Assembly: GCA_041739135.1 (NCBI GenBank)
Contig: JBGSOM010000126.1
Span: 486 to 64,485, forward strand
Origin: Pirellulaceae bacterium
GTDB taxonomy: Bacteria > Planctomycetota > Planctomycetia > Pirellulales > Pirellulaceae
DNA length: 64,000 bases
Reading direction: 5' to 3'
Shown: positions 18,969 to 28,815 of the stretch, piece by piece
Layout: each line of letters opens with the position of its first letter
Position numbering within the stretch: position 1 is the stretch's first letter
Program-made: the position numbers and the translations under genes
Notes under the pieces: model-generated
Seen by the model: only the letters and a program-made list of their open reading frames with translations
What the model was told of the DNA's origin: nothing
Databases searched by the model: none

Positions 18969-19057
18969 GCTGGTCCTCCCAGGTAGGATGGTGTGGAGCG
19001 AGGCAATCTCGTATCTCTTTGATCGAAATTCGATTAGCGTAACTTGAGCCGAATACG

Positions 19058-20173
19058 ATGACTTTTACGAATACTCTGCTGGCGACCGAACCGAAACAGC
19101 TTCCGCGCCTGCGAATCGGAAATCTCGATATCGGCTTTCCTGTCGTGCAGGCAGCGCTCAGCGGCTACAGCGACTGGCCGATGCGAATGCTAGCTCGCGA
19201 GCACGGCGCCAGCTATTCGCTTTGCGAAGTCATGTTGGATCAGTTCCTGGTGGCCATGAAAGACCGCGCCAAGAATCGCCACTACCTGTATAACTCGGCA
19301 GCGGAACAACCGGTTGCGGGCCAGTTGATGGGAGCGGAACCGGAGCAATTTTCGCTCGGCGCAAAACGTCTGGTCGAAGCGGGTTTCGCCGTCATCGACA
19401 TCAATTTCGGGTGCCCTGTTAAAAAGGTGCTCGGTCGTTGTCGGGGCGGCTTTCACCTCAGTCAACCTGAGACCGCATTGGAAATCGTCCGGAGAACTAG
19501 AGACATCGTTCCGCCAGAAGTTCCTGTCACTGTCAAAATGCGGCGAGGTCTGGACGACTCGGACGAAAGCCGCGACAACTTTTATTCGATTTTTGAAGGA
19601 GCGTTCGCGGCAGGAGTGGCAGCCATAACCGTCCACGGTCGCACCGTTGTGCAGCGTTACAACGGCCCGAGTCGCTGGGAGTTTCTGAAGAATCTAAAGC
19701 GTGAGTTTCCGGGCTGCACGATTCTTGGAAGCGGCGACCTGTTTACGCCTCGCGACTGCCTGCGAATGATGACGGAAACGGGCGTTGATGGTGTTACAGT
19801 CGCTCGCGGAGCCATTGGAAACCCCTGGATTTTTTCGCAGTGCCAGCAGCTTGCGGCTGGAAAACCGATGCCGAATCCGCCGAGCGTGTTCGAACAGCGG
19901 CAAGTTTTGGAACGCCACTGGGATCTGGCTGAAGAACTTTATGGAGCCACGCGTACCGGCCCCTTGCTGCGTAAATTCGGCATTAAGTACGCGGCCAGCC
20001 ACCCGCGCCATCTCGAAGTTCGGCCGCAGTTCACGCATGTACGAACGCGGGCCGATTGGGACCAAGTTCTCGATGCCTGGTACGCCGAGGATCTTCCAGG
20101 CGTCTTTCCATCGCCGGACATTCACCATGTCCAGGGTTCGAGTTGCAGCGATTACTGGGTTGAAAACGGCTGA
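19058..20173 (+). CDS. tRNA-dihydrouridine synthase (Dus family)
   Basis: 371 aa. DINFGCPVKKV with the catalytic Cys, VTVKMRRG, and ITVHGRT TIM-barrel FMN motifs. Confidence 0.88.
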   Translation: MTFTNTLLATEPKQLPRLRIGNLDIGFPVVQAALSGYSDWPMRMLAREHGASYSLCEVMLDQFLVAMKDRAKNRHYLYNSAAEQPVAGQLMGAEPEQFSLGAKRLVEAGFAVIDINFGCPVKKVLGRCRGGFHLSQPETALEIVRRTRDIVPPEVPVTVKMRRGLDDSDESRDNFYSIFEGAFAAGVAAITVHGRTVVQRYNGPSRWEFLKNLKREFPGCTILGSGDLFTPRDCLRMMTETGVDGVTVARGAIGNPWIFSQCQQLAAGKPMPNPPSVFEQRQVLERHWDLAEELYGATRTGPLLRKFGIKYAASHPRHLEVRPQFTHVRTRADWDQVLDAWYAEDLPGVFPSPDIHHVQGSSCSDYWVENG

Positions 20174-20425
20174 GTTGGCTCAAAAACCCGCTAAAAAGTT
20201 GACACTGAGGCACCCTACCGGATACCCTATGGATTGGGGAATTCACGAGTTCACTTTTCGCAACCAAGCAATGAACTGCGTGAGAAAGTCTGGGCGAGCC
20301 GGAAACGAGCGCTCTTCAGAAATGTTCCGGCAACTCGCTTGTGCCACCGTTTGCAACTTGTCTCAACGTACGAATCACCTTCTTACCGTTTTTACCGTGC
20401 CCCGTGCGCACATGGAGCAGTGACA

Positions 20426-22042
20426 ATGTTCACTCTGAAAAACGCTTTGGTCGTAGTCATCACAATCGCCTTGCAAATTGGTTCACTTGGCTTTGTGCAC
20501 AGCCAAGAACAATTTCAGACCGTTCCGCCAGCGAAAATGGCGCCCGGTGAGTCCACGCGTGTTACGAGCATGTTGAAGGGCAAAGAAGGCGTCGACCCCG
20601 CTCCGATTAAGCGCTACGTGCAAAACGAATTCTCGCGGCTAACAAATCCCGCCGATGCGGCGAATTACGCAGCCATCCGCACCATGCTCTTAAACAACAT
20701 TCGCAACGGAAGTGTTGAGGCCGCCAAAAAGGTCGCCGCAGACCAAGTCATCGTTATCGCCAAGGTGATCGCCGCCGGTAACTACCATCCACACGCGCGC
20801 GTCAACGCAATGCTCGCGCTCGCAGAATTGGAACTTCAGTCCAACCTGCCTTACTCGGAAACCTTCCTGCCACTGGTCAATGTCGCCAAGGATGAAAATC
20901 AAGCTTTGCAGATGCGCGCGATCGCTTTGTTTGGTCTGAATCGCCATGCACGCTTTACGAAACTCACACCTGCTTACGCTGATGGACTAGCAAAAGCGAT
21001 GACCGTGATCGTTTCCTCGGAACCTAAGTCGTCGCTCGACGTAAAGGGCCATGCATGGATGGTGCGACGTAGCTTCGATGTGCTTACCTCCCTGGGCGCC
21101 GCGCACGCAGTCAATCCAGCTGTCGCCCGCCTACTGAATGACAAGGAGCTGCCAAGTGTGCGTTTAGCCGCAGCCGACTACTTGCCTCGCGTCGACACCA
21201 GCAAACTCACTGACGAGAAAAAGACCCAGTATTTCATCGGTCTCGCCCAGTTGCTCGAACAGCAACTCGTCATGTGGTACGAACGTGAAGAAGACACTCT
21301 CAGCATGAAGTCCGGCGCTATGGCTGGCGGAAGCATGGGCATGGGCGATATGGGTGGCCGAGGAATGGGCAGCATGGGAATGGGCGACGGAATGGGTGAA
21401 ATGGGAATGGGCGACGGCGGCATGGGAATGGGTGGTGAGGGCATGGGAAGCATGGGCATGGGTGACGGCGGGATGGGCATGGGCAGCGGTAGCGGAATGG
21501 GGATGGGAATGGGCGGAAACGGTCCTAAGCCCAAACCACTTGAGACCCAGCCTTGGGAAGTGCGGATGACTCGCCGGTACGTCAATCAAATTCTGCAAAC
21601 AGTTCACGTCGCGCTCGACGCAAAACAGCTCAAAGGTGGACGTCCGGTTTCAGCGAACGCCAAAGGCCTAATCGACCTGGGTCTACCCGCTGCCATCTCG
21701 GAACCAGCCAGCGATCTGCTGAAATCCGTTGAATCCTTGCAAACGCGAGTCAACGATTCTTTCAAAATCACCACGATGAATTCGCTACTCGCTCAATCCA
21801 AGAAACCGATTGAGAACATCATGGATCTTGTTCGCGAAGTCCCTGCACTGGCCGCTCAGTATCCAAAATATCAAGTCGAAAAAGATGATCTGAAAGAAGC
21901 TCCCAACCAACCGGAAGGCGACGCTCCAGATGACAACGCTGCTGGCGACAATTCTGGCGACAACGCCGCTGGCGGAAATGCGGCTGGGGCAGAAGGTGCT
22001 GCGGGCAATAATGCTGCCAAGCCGTCCGCAGAAGGCAATTGA
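20426..22042 (+). CDS. Secreted hypothetical protein with central Gly/Met-rich repeat and acidic Asn/Ala/Gly-rich tail
   Basis: ATG at 20426 gives the signal-peptide-like MFTLKNALVVVITIALQIGSLGFVHSQ. The track ORF (20234) adds 64 residues without features. The central 67 aa contain 20 Met in GMG/MGD units. Confidence 0.7.
   Translation: MFTLKNALVVVITIALQIGSLGFVHSQEQFQTVPPAKMAPGESTRVTSMLKGKEGVDPAPIKRYVQNEFSRLTNPADAANYAAIRTMLLNNIRNGSVEAAKKVAADQVIVIAKVIAAGNYHPHARVNAMLALAELELQSNLPYSETFLPLVNVAKDENQALQMRAIALFGLNRHARFTKLTPAYADGLAKAMTVIVSSEPKSSLDVKGHAWMVRRSFDVLTSLGAAHAVNPAVARLLNDKELPSVRLAAADYLPRVDTSKLTDEKKTQYFIGLAQLLEQQLVMWYEREEDTLSMKSGAMAGGSMGMGDMGGRGMGSMGMGDGMGEMGMGDGGMGMGGEGMGSMGMGDGGMGMGSGSGMGMGMGGNGPKPKPLETQPWEVRMTRRYVNQILQTVHVALDAKQLKGGRPVSANAKGLIDLGLPAAISEPASDLLKSVESLQTRVNDSFKITTMNSLLAQSKKPIENIMDLVREVPALAAQYPKYQVEKDDLKEAPNQPEGDAPDDNAAGDNSGDNAAGGNAAGAEGAAGNNAAKPSAEGN
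21320..21516 (+). repeat. In-frame ATGGGN-type microsatellite-like tandem repeat (encodes the GM repeat)
   Basis: Reiterated atgggc/atggga/atgggt units with internal duplication. GMGSMGMGDG is encoded twice. Confidence 0.85.
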
Positions 22043-22071
22043 CCAATCGATTCGATAATGGCAAGGAAGCG

Positions 22072-23145
22072 ATGAAATTGCGAGTTGTCGGAATCTCGTT
22101 CGAACACATGCACATGGGCGACAACCTGCGGATGGCCCAGTCGCATCCCGATTGCGAAGTTGTCGGAATTTGCGATCAACAGCGAGACCGGATGCTCGCT
22201 GCTCAGGCCGATTTGGGGCTTGTCGACAATCAACTGTTCGAAGACTGGCAAACGTGCATTGAATCTACTCGTCCGGATCTAATCATCCTCTGCCCATCGA
22301 CCGGCGACCATGCACTCTGGGTCGAACGCTTGGCTCCGCTCGGCCTCCCATTGCTGCTCGAGAAACCGCTAGCGGCCTCGCTGGCGGACGCAGATCGGAT
22401 TATCGCAGCCAGTCAGCGCTACCACGTGCCGCTCGCCGTTAACTGGCCATTGGTTTGGGTGCCCAGCCATCGCACGGCTAAGCGCTTGATCGATGAAGGC
22501 AGAATCGGTGAAGTGATCGAGGTTCACTACTACAACGGCAATCGCGGTCCGTTGTGGCACACTGCTGGCAAGCTCGAAATAACCGCGGAAGTGGTTGCAC
22601 GTGAGAAACCCAGCAGTTGGTTTTATAGCCGCGAGCGTGGTGGTGGCTCACTGCTCGACTATCTCGGTTACGGCGTCACGCTCGGCTCTTGGTTCTTGAA
22701 CGGCCGCGAACCTATCGAAGTCACCTCGGTCTACGATGAACCAACGGGACTAGAAGTCGATGAACACTCCATAACAATCGCTCGTTACGCATTCGGCATC
22801 AGTAAATTCGAAACACGCTGGGGCACCTTCACGGATCCGTGGGTACATCAACCCCAACCCAAATGCGGATTTGTGCTAGTCGGTACGCAAGGAACAATCA
22901 GTTCCTACGATTATGAAAGCACGCTACTCATCCAAGATCGCCAAAACCCAGGTGGTATATCCGTCCCGGCAGATCAAATCGATGCACCGAACCAAAATCC
23001 GGTGCAGTACTTTGTTCATTGCCTTCAGAATCAACGACCGATTAAAGGCCCATTGTCACTAGAGCTCAGTCGGCTTGGTCAGCGAATGGTCGACACAGCG
23101 TACCAGAGCGCACAGCAGAAACGCACTGTGTCGCTTCTGAATTAA
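22072..23145 (+). CDS. Gfo/Idh/MocA-family oxidoreductase (cytoplasmic, no signal)
   Basis: AAGGAAG box upstream of the ATG at 22072. MKLRVVGISFEHMHMGD..., EKPLAAS motif. The track start at 22039 is a TTG overlapping the previous stop. Confidence 0.8.
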   Translation: MKLRVVGISFEHMHMGDNLRMAQSHPDCEVVGICDQQRDRMLAAQADLGLVDNQLFEDWQTCIESTRPDLIILCPSTGDHALWVERLAPLGLPLLLEKPLAASLADADRIIAASQRYHVPLAVNWPLVWVPSHRTAKRLIDEGRIGEVIEVHYYNGNRGPLWHTAGKLEITAEVVAREKPSSWFYSRERGGGSLLDYLGYGVTLGSWFLNGREPIEVTSVYDEPTGLEVDEHSITIARYAFGISKFETRWGTFTDPWVHQPQPKCGFVLVGTQGTISSYDYESTLLIQDRQNPGGISVPADQIDAPNQNPVQYFVHCLQNQRPIKGPLSLELSRLGQRMVDTAYQSAQQKRTVSLLN

Positions 23146-23218
23146 CCGCCGGCCCGCCATAGTGCTTTGTCAACAGTTAACGTAAGCGTTGTTGGAATTG
23201 GGTGGCACTAGCTAGAGC

Positions 23219-24634
23219 TCACGGGAAGAAGAACCACAGAATGGTCAGCAGCGAGCAACCCAGGCAGGCCAACGCGGGTGCCGTTCCTGCTGGACGAATC
23301 GCGGCGGGGTTCGCATCTGGCACTGTGAACATCCGCGAGACCAACGACAAGTAAACTACCGCGCCAATCGCCGCATTGATCGCCATGATGAATGCGACCA
23401 CTTGGAAATCAACTCGATTCGCGCCGATGGCGGACGCAAACACTTGCAGCTTGGCCCAAAAACCCGCTGTCGGCGGCAACCCAATCTGGCTCAGCAATGC
23501 AATCGTGGCAGCAATCGCCAAGAGCGGACTGCGTTGATACAAACCATTGAACAGTTTCAAACTATCGTCATCGTTGGCTGACTGCGGATGTTCGATGGCT
23601 GTCAGTACCGCGAACAGCGCCAAAGTCATCACCGCATAAGCAGCCAAGTAATCAGTCAAGATTGCTGCACCTTGTGCCAAGATTACCGTGCAAGCCAACC
23701 CAACCATCAAGTAACCGCTGTGTGCGACACCGGAGTAAGCCAGCACGCGTCGTATTGAAGTCTGTCGCAGCGCCGCGCAGTTGCCCAAAGTCATCGTTAC
23801 CACTGCACCAACCAGCAGCAACGGCACCACTGCGAGTGCGGCTTCAAAGTTTGGCGTCGACCCAACCATCAGCTTGTAGATGCCAACAATGCCTGCCAGC
23901 TTAGGCAAGAACGATAAACCGCCAACAACCGCCAAACTAGCCCCAGCGAAAACGTCGGGAGCATAGAAGTGGAATGGAACCGCCGTCAATCGAAAGAACA
24001 AACTGCAAACGGCAATCGCCAACCCGATGCGAGTCAAACCTAAATTGTTTTCATTGGATAGGATCGCCTCAAGCGAAGTGCTACCAGCAGCCCCGTACAA
24101 GTACGAGCATCCAAACAAAAATATCGCTGACGCAAATGCACTCAACGTGAAATACTTCAAAGTCGCTTCGCGTCCGGCGTTCTTGGAACTTACCACACCC
24201 AACAAAACCGTTGTCGGAATACTGATCAACTCCAAGCCCAAGAAGAGCGACGTTAGATCAACAGCCGCCGCTGTATACATCAATCCCGACAACATGAACA
24301 ACACGCAACTGTAGTACTCAGAAACATGCCGCCCTGGAACATAATCCCAACCGATCAAAATCACTAAACCGCCACCGAGCAACGTCAGCCAACTAGCCGT
24401 GATGAACAAACGATCGCACTCGAACAACGAAAGCGGCGGAGCGTCGGCAGGCACAACGTAATACAGCGAGGCACCAGCCAAGAGCAAGCTGACGAGCGTC
24501 ACGCCACCAAACAAACCACGCAGCGGTACTAACTGGTTGAAAAGCCCCAGCGTCAACACGAGCACACCAGCCAACAACAAAATATTAGCTGGGAAGACGA
24601 TTCGAATCTGTTCTAAAATTTCCGACGGGTTCAT
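23219..24634 (-). CDS. nuoN: NADH-quinone oxidoreductase subunit N
   Basis: 471-aa polytopic antiporter-like protein and the last gene of the nuo cluster. ATGA overlap with the nuoM stop. Confidence 0.88.
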   Translation of the reverse strand: MNPSEILEQIRIVFPANILLLAGVLVLTLGLFNQLVPLRGLFGGVTLVSLLLAGASLYYVVPADAPPLSLFECDRLFITASWLTLLGGGLVILIGWDYVPGRHVSEYYSCVLFMLSGLMYTAAAVDLTSLFLGLELISIPTTVLLGVVSSKNAGREATLKYFTLSAFASAIFLFGCSYLYGAAGSTSLEAILSNENNLGLTRIGLAIAVCSLFFRLTAVPFHFYAPDVFAGASLAVVGGLSFLPKLAGIVGIYKLMVGSTPNFEAALAVVPLLLVGAVVTMTLGNCAALRQTSIRRVLAYSGVAHSGYLMVGLACTVILAQGAAILTDYLAAYAVMTLALFAVLTAIEHPQSANDDDSLKLFNGLYQRSPLLAIAATIALLSQIGLPPTAGFWAKLQVFASAIGANRVDFQVVAFIMAINAAIGAVVYLSLVSRMFTVPDANPAAIRPAGTAPALACLGCSLLTILWFFFP

Positions 24635-26331
24635 TCTTCTACTTCCATTCGAATCGACATCTCCGCTGGACTGTTTGCGGGAACTTCATTCGCGGCCATG
24701 GTGAGTGTTTTCAAACCAGAATCCAACAACTGCGCCGAATCCACCGTCGACGAAGCTCTTCCAAACGCGTTTGCGATAACGTTTACATCTGACTTGAATA
24801 ATCCGAGAGCCATGTTTGGCATTACGCCTATGAACAAACAAATCGCCGCCAGAGAAGCGAATACAGCTTTGTGTTCTAGCGGTAGATCCGTAGTAACAGC
24901 GCCCGGGCTACTGGACGATCGATTCTTCGAACGACTCTTCTCGGCTGTACCGAAGAGCACATACTGCAACATCCGAAACGAGTACCACGCACCGAGCACG
25001 ACACCCAATACCGCTACGCTGGCGATCACCGATCGCTGAGCCATCATTCCGGATAAGGTTAGCAACTCTCCGACAAAGTTGTTCAACCCCGGCATTCCAG
25101 CTGCCGCAGTAATGAAGAACACAGTAAAGAAACCAAGTCGTGGAAACTGAGTCAACATTCCGCTCGCTTCTTCATCGATTCGCAGGTTTGGGCGTCGCAG
25201 CAACATGCAAGCCAGTAACAAGAACATGGCCACCGTCGTGATACCATGATTGAACATCTGCAACGTCGCTCCGCCAATCCCTTCGCGGCTCAGCGAAAAC
25301 AACCCGATCGTGATAAAGCCCACGTGCGACAAACTGCTGTACGCGAACATCAAACTTAGATCTTTCTGCGCCAAAGCGATCAGAGCCCCAGCTACGATCG
25401 CAATCGCGCCGAGCCAACCGAAGATTCCCGGCCCCAACGTTTCGCACGCTTGAACCGTAAATGGTAGAACTAACCGCACGAAACCGAATAGGCCCATCTT
25501 CAAAACTACCGCTGCAAGGAACGCGGTCGTCGTCGGATGCGCCGCGGCGTAGGTACCTGGCAACCAAGTGTGCAGCGGAATGATCGCTGTCTTAATGCCT
25601 AAGCCGAGAACCAACAACAAGAAGACCCACAATTGCAGGTTCGTCTGCTCAGTCGACAACGTCATCGCTGCAGCCTGAGTCGCTAACGTGGGCATATGCA
25701 CGGTCCAACCGCTCTCGCCACTGTACAGACTGCTTATGCCGAACAGTCCAAGCACCATCGGTATACTGCCCACCAACGTGTACAAAGTAAATCGCTTTGC
25801 AGCGGCTGGGCCATCCGCGTTGCCCCAGCCTGCAATCATCGCAAACAGCGGAATCAAAGTGATTTCGAATCCGATGTAGAACAGCAACAAGTCCATCGAA
25901 GAAAACACTAACAGCAACCCGCCACTCGCAATCAAAATCCAAGACGCATAGTCACCGCGATTACTTTCAACAGTGCTTCGAGCGATTATCAAAACGGCGA
26001 CCGTGACGATCAAAGTCAACAGGACCATCGCAGCCCCGATACCATCGAGCCCGATACTCAGTTGCCAACCGTCAACGTTCGTTGCCAAGGCAGCGGGCAA
26101 GTTCACATGAAACCAAGCGGGTGCATATTCGATTCGCGGCGCAACGCTTGCCGCATTCTCGACCGTCTTTTGACTAACCTGATACGTGCAAAGGCAACCG
26201 ATTACCAATGCGACCACGGCGAGTAAAATCGCGAGCGACTCACGAACACTATCAGCCATTCCGCTGGCGCGCATAGCCAACAGCACCGCGCCTCCGATCA
26301 ATGGAATCCCAATCAACGCCAACATCAACAT
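24631..26331 (-). CDS. nuoM: NADH-quinone oxidoreductase subunit M
   Basis: PLHTWLPGTYAAAHPTTTAFLAAVVLKMG hallmark. ATG at 26331 (MLMLALIGIPLIGG) lies 10 nt after the nuoL stop. The track start at 26385 would overlap nuoL by 44 nt. Confidence 0.9.
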   Translation of the reverse strand: MLMLALIGIPLIGGAVLLAMRASGMADSVRESLAILLAVVALVIGCLCTYQVSQKTVENAASVAPRIEYAPAWFHVNLPAALATNVDGWQLSIGLDGIGAAMVLLTLIVTVAVLIIARSTVESNRGDYASWILIASGGLLLVFSSMDLLLFYIGFEITLIPLFAMIAGWGNADGPAAAKRFTLYTLVGSIPMVLGLFGISSLYSGESGWTVHMPTLATQAAAMTLSTEQTNLQLWVFLLLVLGLGIKTAIIPLHTWLPGTYAAAHPTTTAFLAAVVLKMGLFGFVRLVLPFTVQACETLGPGIFGWLGAIAIVAGALIALAQKDLSLMFAYSSLSHVGFITIGLFSLSREGIGGATLQMFNHGITTVAMFLLLACMLLRRPNLRIDEEASGMLTQFPRLGFFTVFFITAAAGMPGLNNFVGELLTLSGMMAQRSVIASVAVLGVVLGAWYSFRMLQYVLFGTAEKSRSKNRSSSSPGAVTTDLPLEHKAVFASLAAICLFIGVMPNMALGLFKSDVNVIANAFGRASSTVDSAQLLDSGLKTLTMAANEVPANSPAEMSIRMEVEE

Positions 26332-26341
26332 CGATCTTGTC

Positions 26342-28300
26342 CTATCCGCCAAACGAAAGCAGCAAGAGGTACGCAACGAGGCCAATCGCCATCAACAGCG
26401 AATAGCCACCCAACTGCCCGCGCTGCATAAAGCTGAATGCCCAACCAGCCTTCTGCGGCAGCGCCACAATACTCCGCCACAATCCGTCAACACCTTGAAA
26501 ATCTAATTCACTCAATCGAGCTGCAACGAACTCGGCAGGCCGTACAACAACCGCTGCTAACATCTCGTCCATAAAGAAACGACTCTTGCCCGCCGATGAA
26601 AAACTGCGTCCAACTTCACCAGCCGAACGGAAGGTCCACGCTTGAGCCGCCGACAAACAACCGATTACCACGCCAACGACAGCCACTACTGCGCTCGACA
26701 CCATCACCCATACATGATGCTCTGCATGCTCAGCCACAACCAAATAGTGGATCTCATGCAGGTACTTGCCTAAGATTCCAGTCGGACCAATCGCGGCTCC
26801 TAAAATCAAACTGCCAACTGCCAACACAGCCAGCGGAATCAACATCGGAGTAGTCGCTTCGTGAGGATGATCGCCCGCTTCTTTCGGAAAAACAGGTTTG
26901 CCTTGAAATGTGTGATAGTAAGCTCGACTGGTGTACACCGCCGTTAAACCTGCGGTGACCAAACCAACCACGAAGAAGGCCTGAAACGAAGTCGCATAAG
27001 GTGAGTCATGCTGCGCATCGACAAGCAAACCAAGAATTCCGTCTTTACTCCAGAAACCTGAAAGCAACGGAAGTCCAGCCAAAGCAGCGCCGCCAATCAA
27101 GAAAAGTATGTGAGTCTTAGGCAATACACCTTTCAGACCGCTGAACTGACGCATGTTGATCACATCGCCCATCGCGTGCATCACATTGCCCGCCGACAAA
27201 AACAACAGAGCCTTGAAAAACGCATGCGTTGCCACATGGAACAGCGCCGCTGCCACAGCCAGCGGCATCAAATCCGCTACCGCGCCGCAACTGATCGCCA
27301 TGAACATGTATCCAAGCTGACTCACCGTTGAGTAAGCTAATACCCGTTTCAAATCATCCTGGAACAACGCGATCGATGCCGCGAGTATCGCCGTGATCGC
27401 TCCCAACCAACCCGCGAACACCAACACTCCAGGCGCCAGGACCAACAGCGGTGACATGCGACACATCAAATACACTCCAGCCGTGACCATCGTCGCCGCA
27501 TGGATCAAAGCACTAACAGGAGTTGGACCCTCCATCGCGTCGGGCAACCAGATGTGAAGCGGGAACTGAGCCGACTTGCCGATCGCTCCCAGCAGCAACA
27601 TAGCGGCAACTCCGAAAAGCAGATCGGGATTCGACGCAGCCAGAGACGGCAACGCATCAAAAATCACTTTGTATTCCAAGCGAGTGATGACGCCCGCGTC
27701 AGGCGTGACCTGACCAACTCCAACCCACAACAGCAGAATGCCCAACAAGAATCCAGTGTCGGCCAACCGATTGATCACAAACGCTTTCAACGCAGCCTTT
27801 GCCGCCGAAGGTCGCTCGAACCAAAAACCAATCATCAAATAACTGCACAGACCCACGCCTTCCCAGAACATGTACAGCACCAACAAATTGTCAGCGAGCA
27901 CTAGCATGGTCATGCAGAACACGAACGCGCTGAAAATCGCGAAGAATCTTGCGTAGGCTTTGTCGCCGTGCATGTAACCCGCCGAATAGTACGAAACCAG
28001 CGTACCGACGACCGTCACCACACATATCTGCACCAAACTGGTTGCATCCAGTTGCAAGGATATCGGAACTCGCATGTTCGCAAAGTCGAGCCAGTTGTAA
28101 CCGCCCGCAATCACTCCATTTACCGCATCGATACGAAGTACACAGTAAAGCGATGCACACGCGGAAACAGTCAATCCAATCCAAGTGATCACATGCGCGA
28201 AACTGGCGCGCGGATTCAAGTAAGCGATCACGCTTCCAATAACCGCCGCGACCAACGGCCCAAGCGGAATCAACCAAGCGATGTAGTAATCCATATTCAC
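26342..28300 (-). CDS. nuoL: NADH-quinone oxidoreductase subunit L
   Basis: 652 aa. FPLHIWLPDAMEGPTPVSALIHAATMVTAGVYL is the NuoL hallmark. Confidence 0.93.
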   Translation of the reverse strand: MNMDYYIAWLIPLGPLVAAVIGSVIAYLNPRASFAHVITWIGLTVSACASLYCVLRIDAVNGVIAGGYNWLDFANMRVPISLQLDATSLVQICVVTVVGTLVSYYSAGYMHGDKAYARFFAIFSAFVFCMTMLVLADNLLVLYMFWEGVGLCSYLMIGFWFERPSAAKAALKAFVINRLADTGFLLGILLLWVGVGQVTPDAGVITRLEYKVIFDALPSLAASNPDLLFGVAAMLLLGAIGKSAQFPLHIWLPDAMEGPTPVSALIHAATMVTAGVYLMCRMSPLLVLAPGVLVFAGWLGAITAILAASIALFQDDLKRVLAYSTVSQLGYMFMAISCGAVADLMPLAVAAALFHVATHAFFKALLFLSAGNVMHAMGDVINMRQFSGLKGVLPKTHILFLIGGAALAGLPLLSGFWSKDGILGLLVDAQHDSPYATSFQAFFVVGLVTAGLTAVYTSRAYYHTFQGKPVFPKEAGDHPHEATTPMLIPLAVLAVGSLILGAAIGPTGILGKYLHEIHYLVVAEHAEHHVWVMVSSAVVAVVGVVIGCLSAAQAWTFRSAGEVGRSFSSAGKSRFFMDEMLAAVVVRPAEFVAARLSELDFQGVDGLWRSIVALPQKAGWAFSFMQRGQLGGYSLLMAIGLVAYLLLLSFGG

Positions 28301-28323
28301 TCTTGTCTTGCTAACCCAACCGC

Positions 28324-28815
28324 TTAGGCTCTTCCGGCCAAGTCTGGTAATTTGAAATCAGAATCGATAGGTCGCGTCTGTGGATCAAGTCCCGCCGGCG
28401 TGAGCTTCGGCAAGTCCTCGTAGCCCTCAGGATGCGCATGATCTTCAGCCGCACGCCCAGCCAACTCGGGAATTCTCTGCTCTGCTCCACGCCCCGAGCC
28501 CGACTGATCGTCGAACTGAAACTCGCGCAGCTCGCTCCACGATTTACTATCGAGCGTCCCGCGCAACCGCACGAGCGCCACGATCACACTTAACGCCAGC
28601 GCCGCTTCGCACGCTGCGACCACCAAAATTAATATCGCAAAAACCTGCCCACCAAAATCGCCATGCATCTGCCCAAACACAACGAAATTGAGACTGACCC
28701 CAGCCAACATCAACTCAAGCGACAGGAACATCAAAATCAAGTTGCGTCGCGTTAGAAAACCAAACATTCCAACGGCAACTAGACAGGGACCGATTAACAG
28801 CGCGGGATGAATCAT
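28324..28815 (-). CDS. nuoK: NADH-quinone oxidoreductase subunit K with about 60-aa hydrophilic C-terminal extension
   Basis: The first ~100 aa (LSLELMLAGVSLNFVVFG...ACEAALALSVIVAL) match NuoK. The remaining residues are acidic/Pro-rich and non-membrane. Confidence 0.88.
   Translation of the reverse strand: MIHPALLIGPCLVAVGMFGFLTRRNLILMFLSLELMLAGVSLNFVVFGQMHGDFGGQVFAILILVVAACEAALALSVIVALVRLRGTLDSKSWSELREFQFDDQSGSGRGAEQRIPELAGRAAEDHAHPEGYEDLPKLTPAGLDPQTRPIDSDFKLPDLAGRA

Noticed and set aside
20207-20240. TTGACA hexamer upstream of the GM-protein gene, considered as a sigma-70 -35 box
   Set aside because: No acceptable -10 hexamer lies at 16-19 nt (only ATACCC/TACCCT). Planctomycete promoter consensus is poorly defined, so the call is unsupportable.
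20234-20425. N-terminal extensions of track ORFs (20234, 38106, 39890, 60522, 8195, 22039, 26385, 54462)
   Set aside because: In each case an internal ATG or GTG gives a canonical signal peptide or the conserved family N-terminus, often with a purine-rich box upstream. The extended segments are Arg/Ser-rich and featureless. I used the shorter starts.
21320-21516. Tandem repeat checked as a possible CRISPR array or minisatellite locus
   Set aside because: The unit is 6 nt, in frame and inside a CDS. There are no 25-40 nt repeats separated by unique spacers anywhere in the window, and no cas genes.
21164-21607. His/Ala/Ser- and Pro/Ile-rich minus-strand ORFs (147 and 135 aa) opposite the GM repeat
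   Set aside because: They are mirror-image artefacts of the ATGGGN repeat, since CCCAT reads as PHS/PIP. The plus-strand frame has a signal peptide and continuous coding context.
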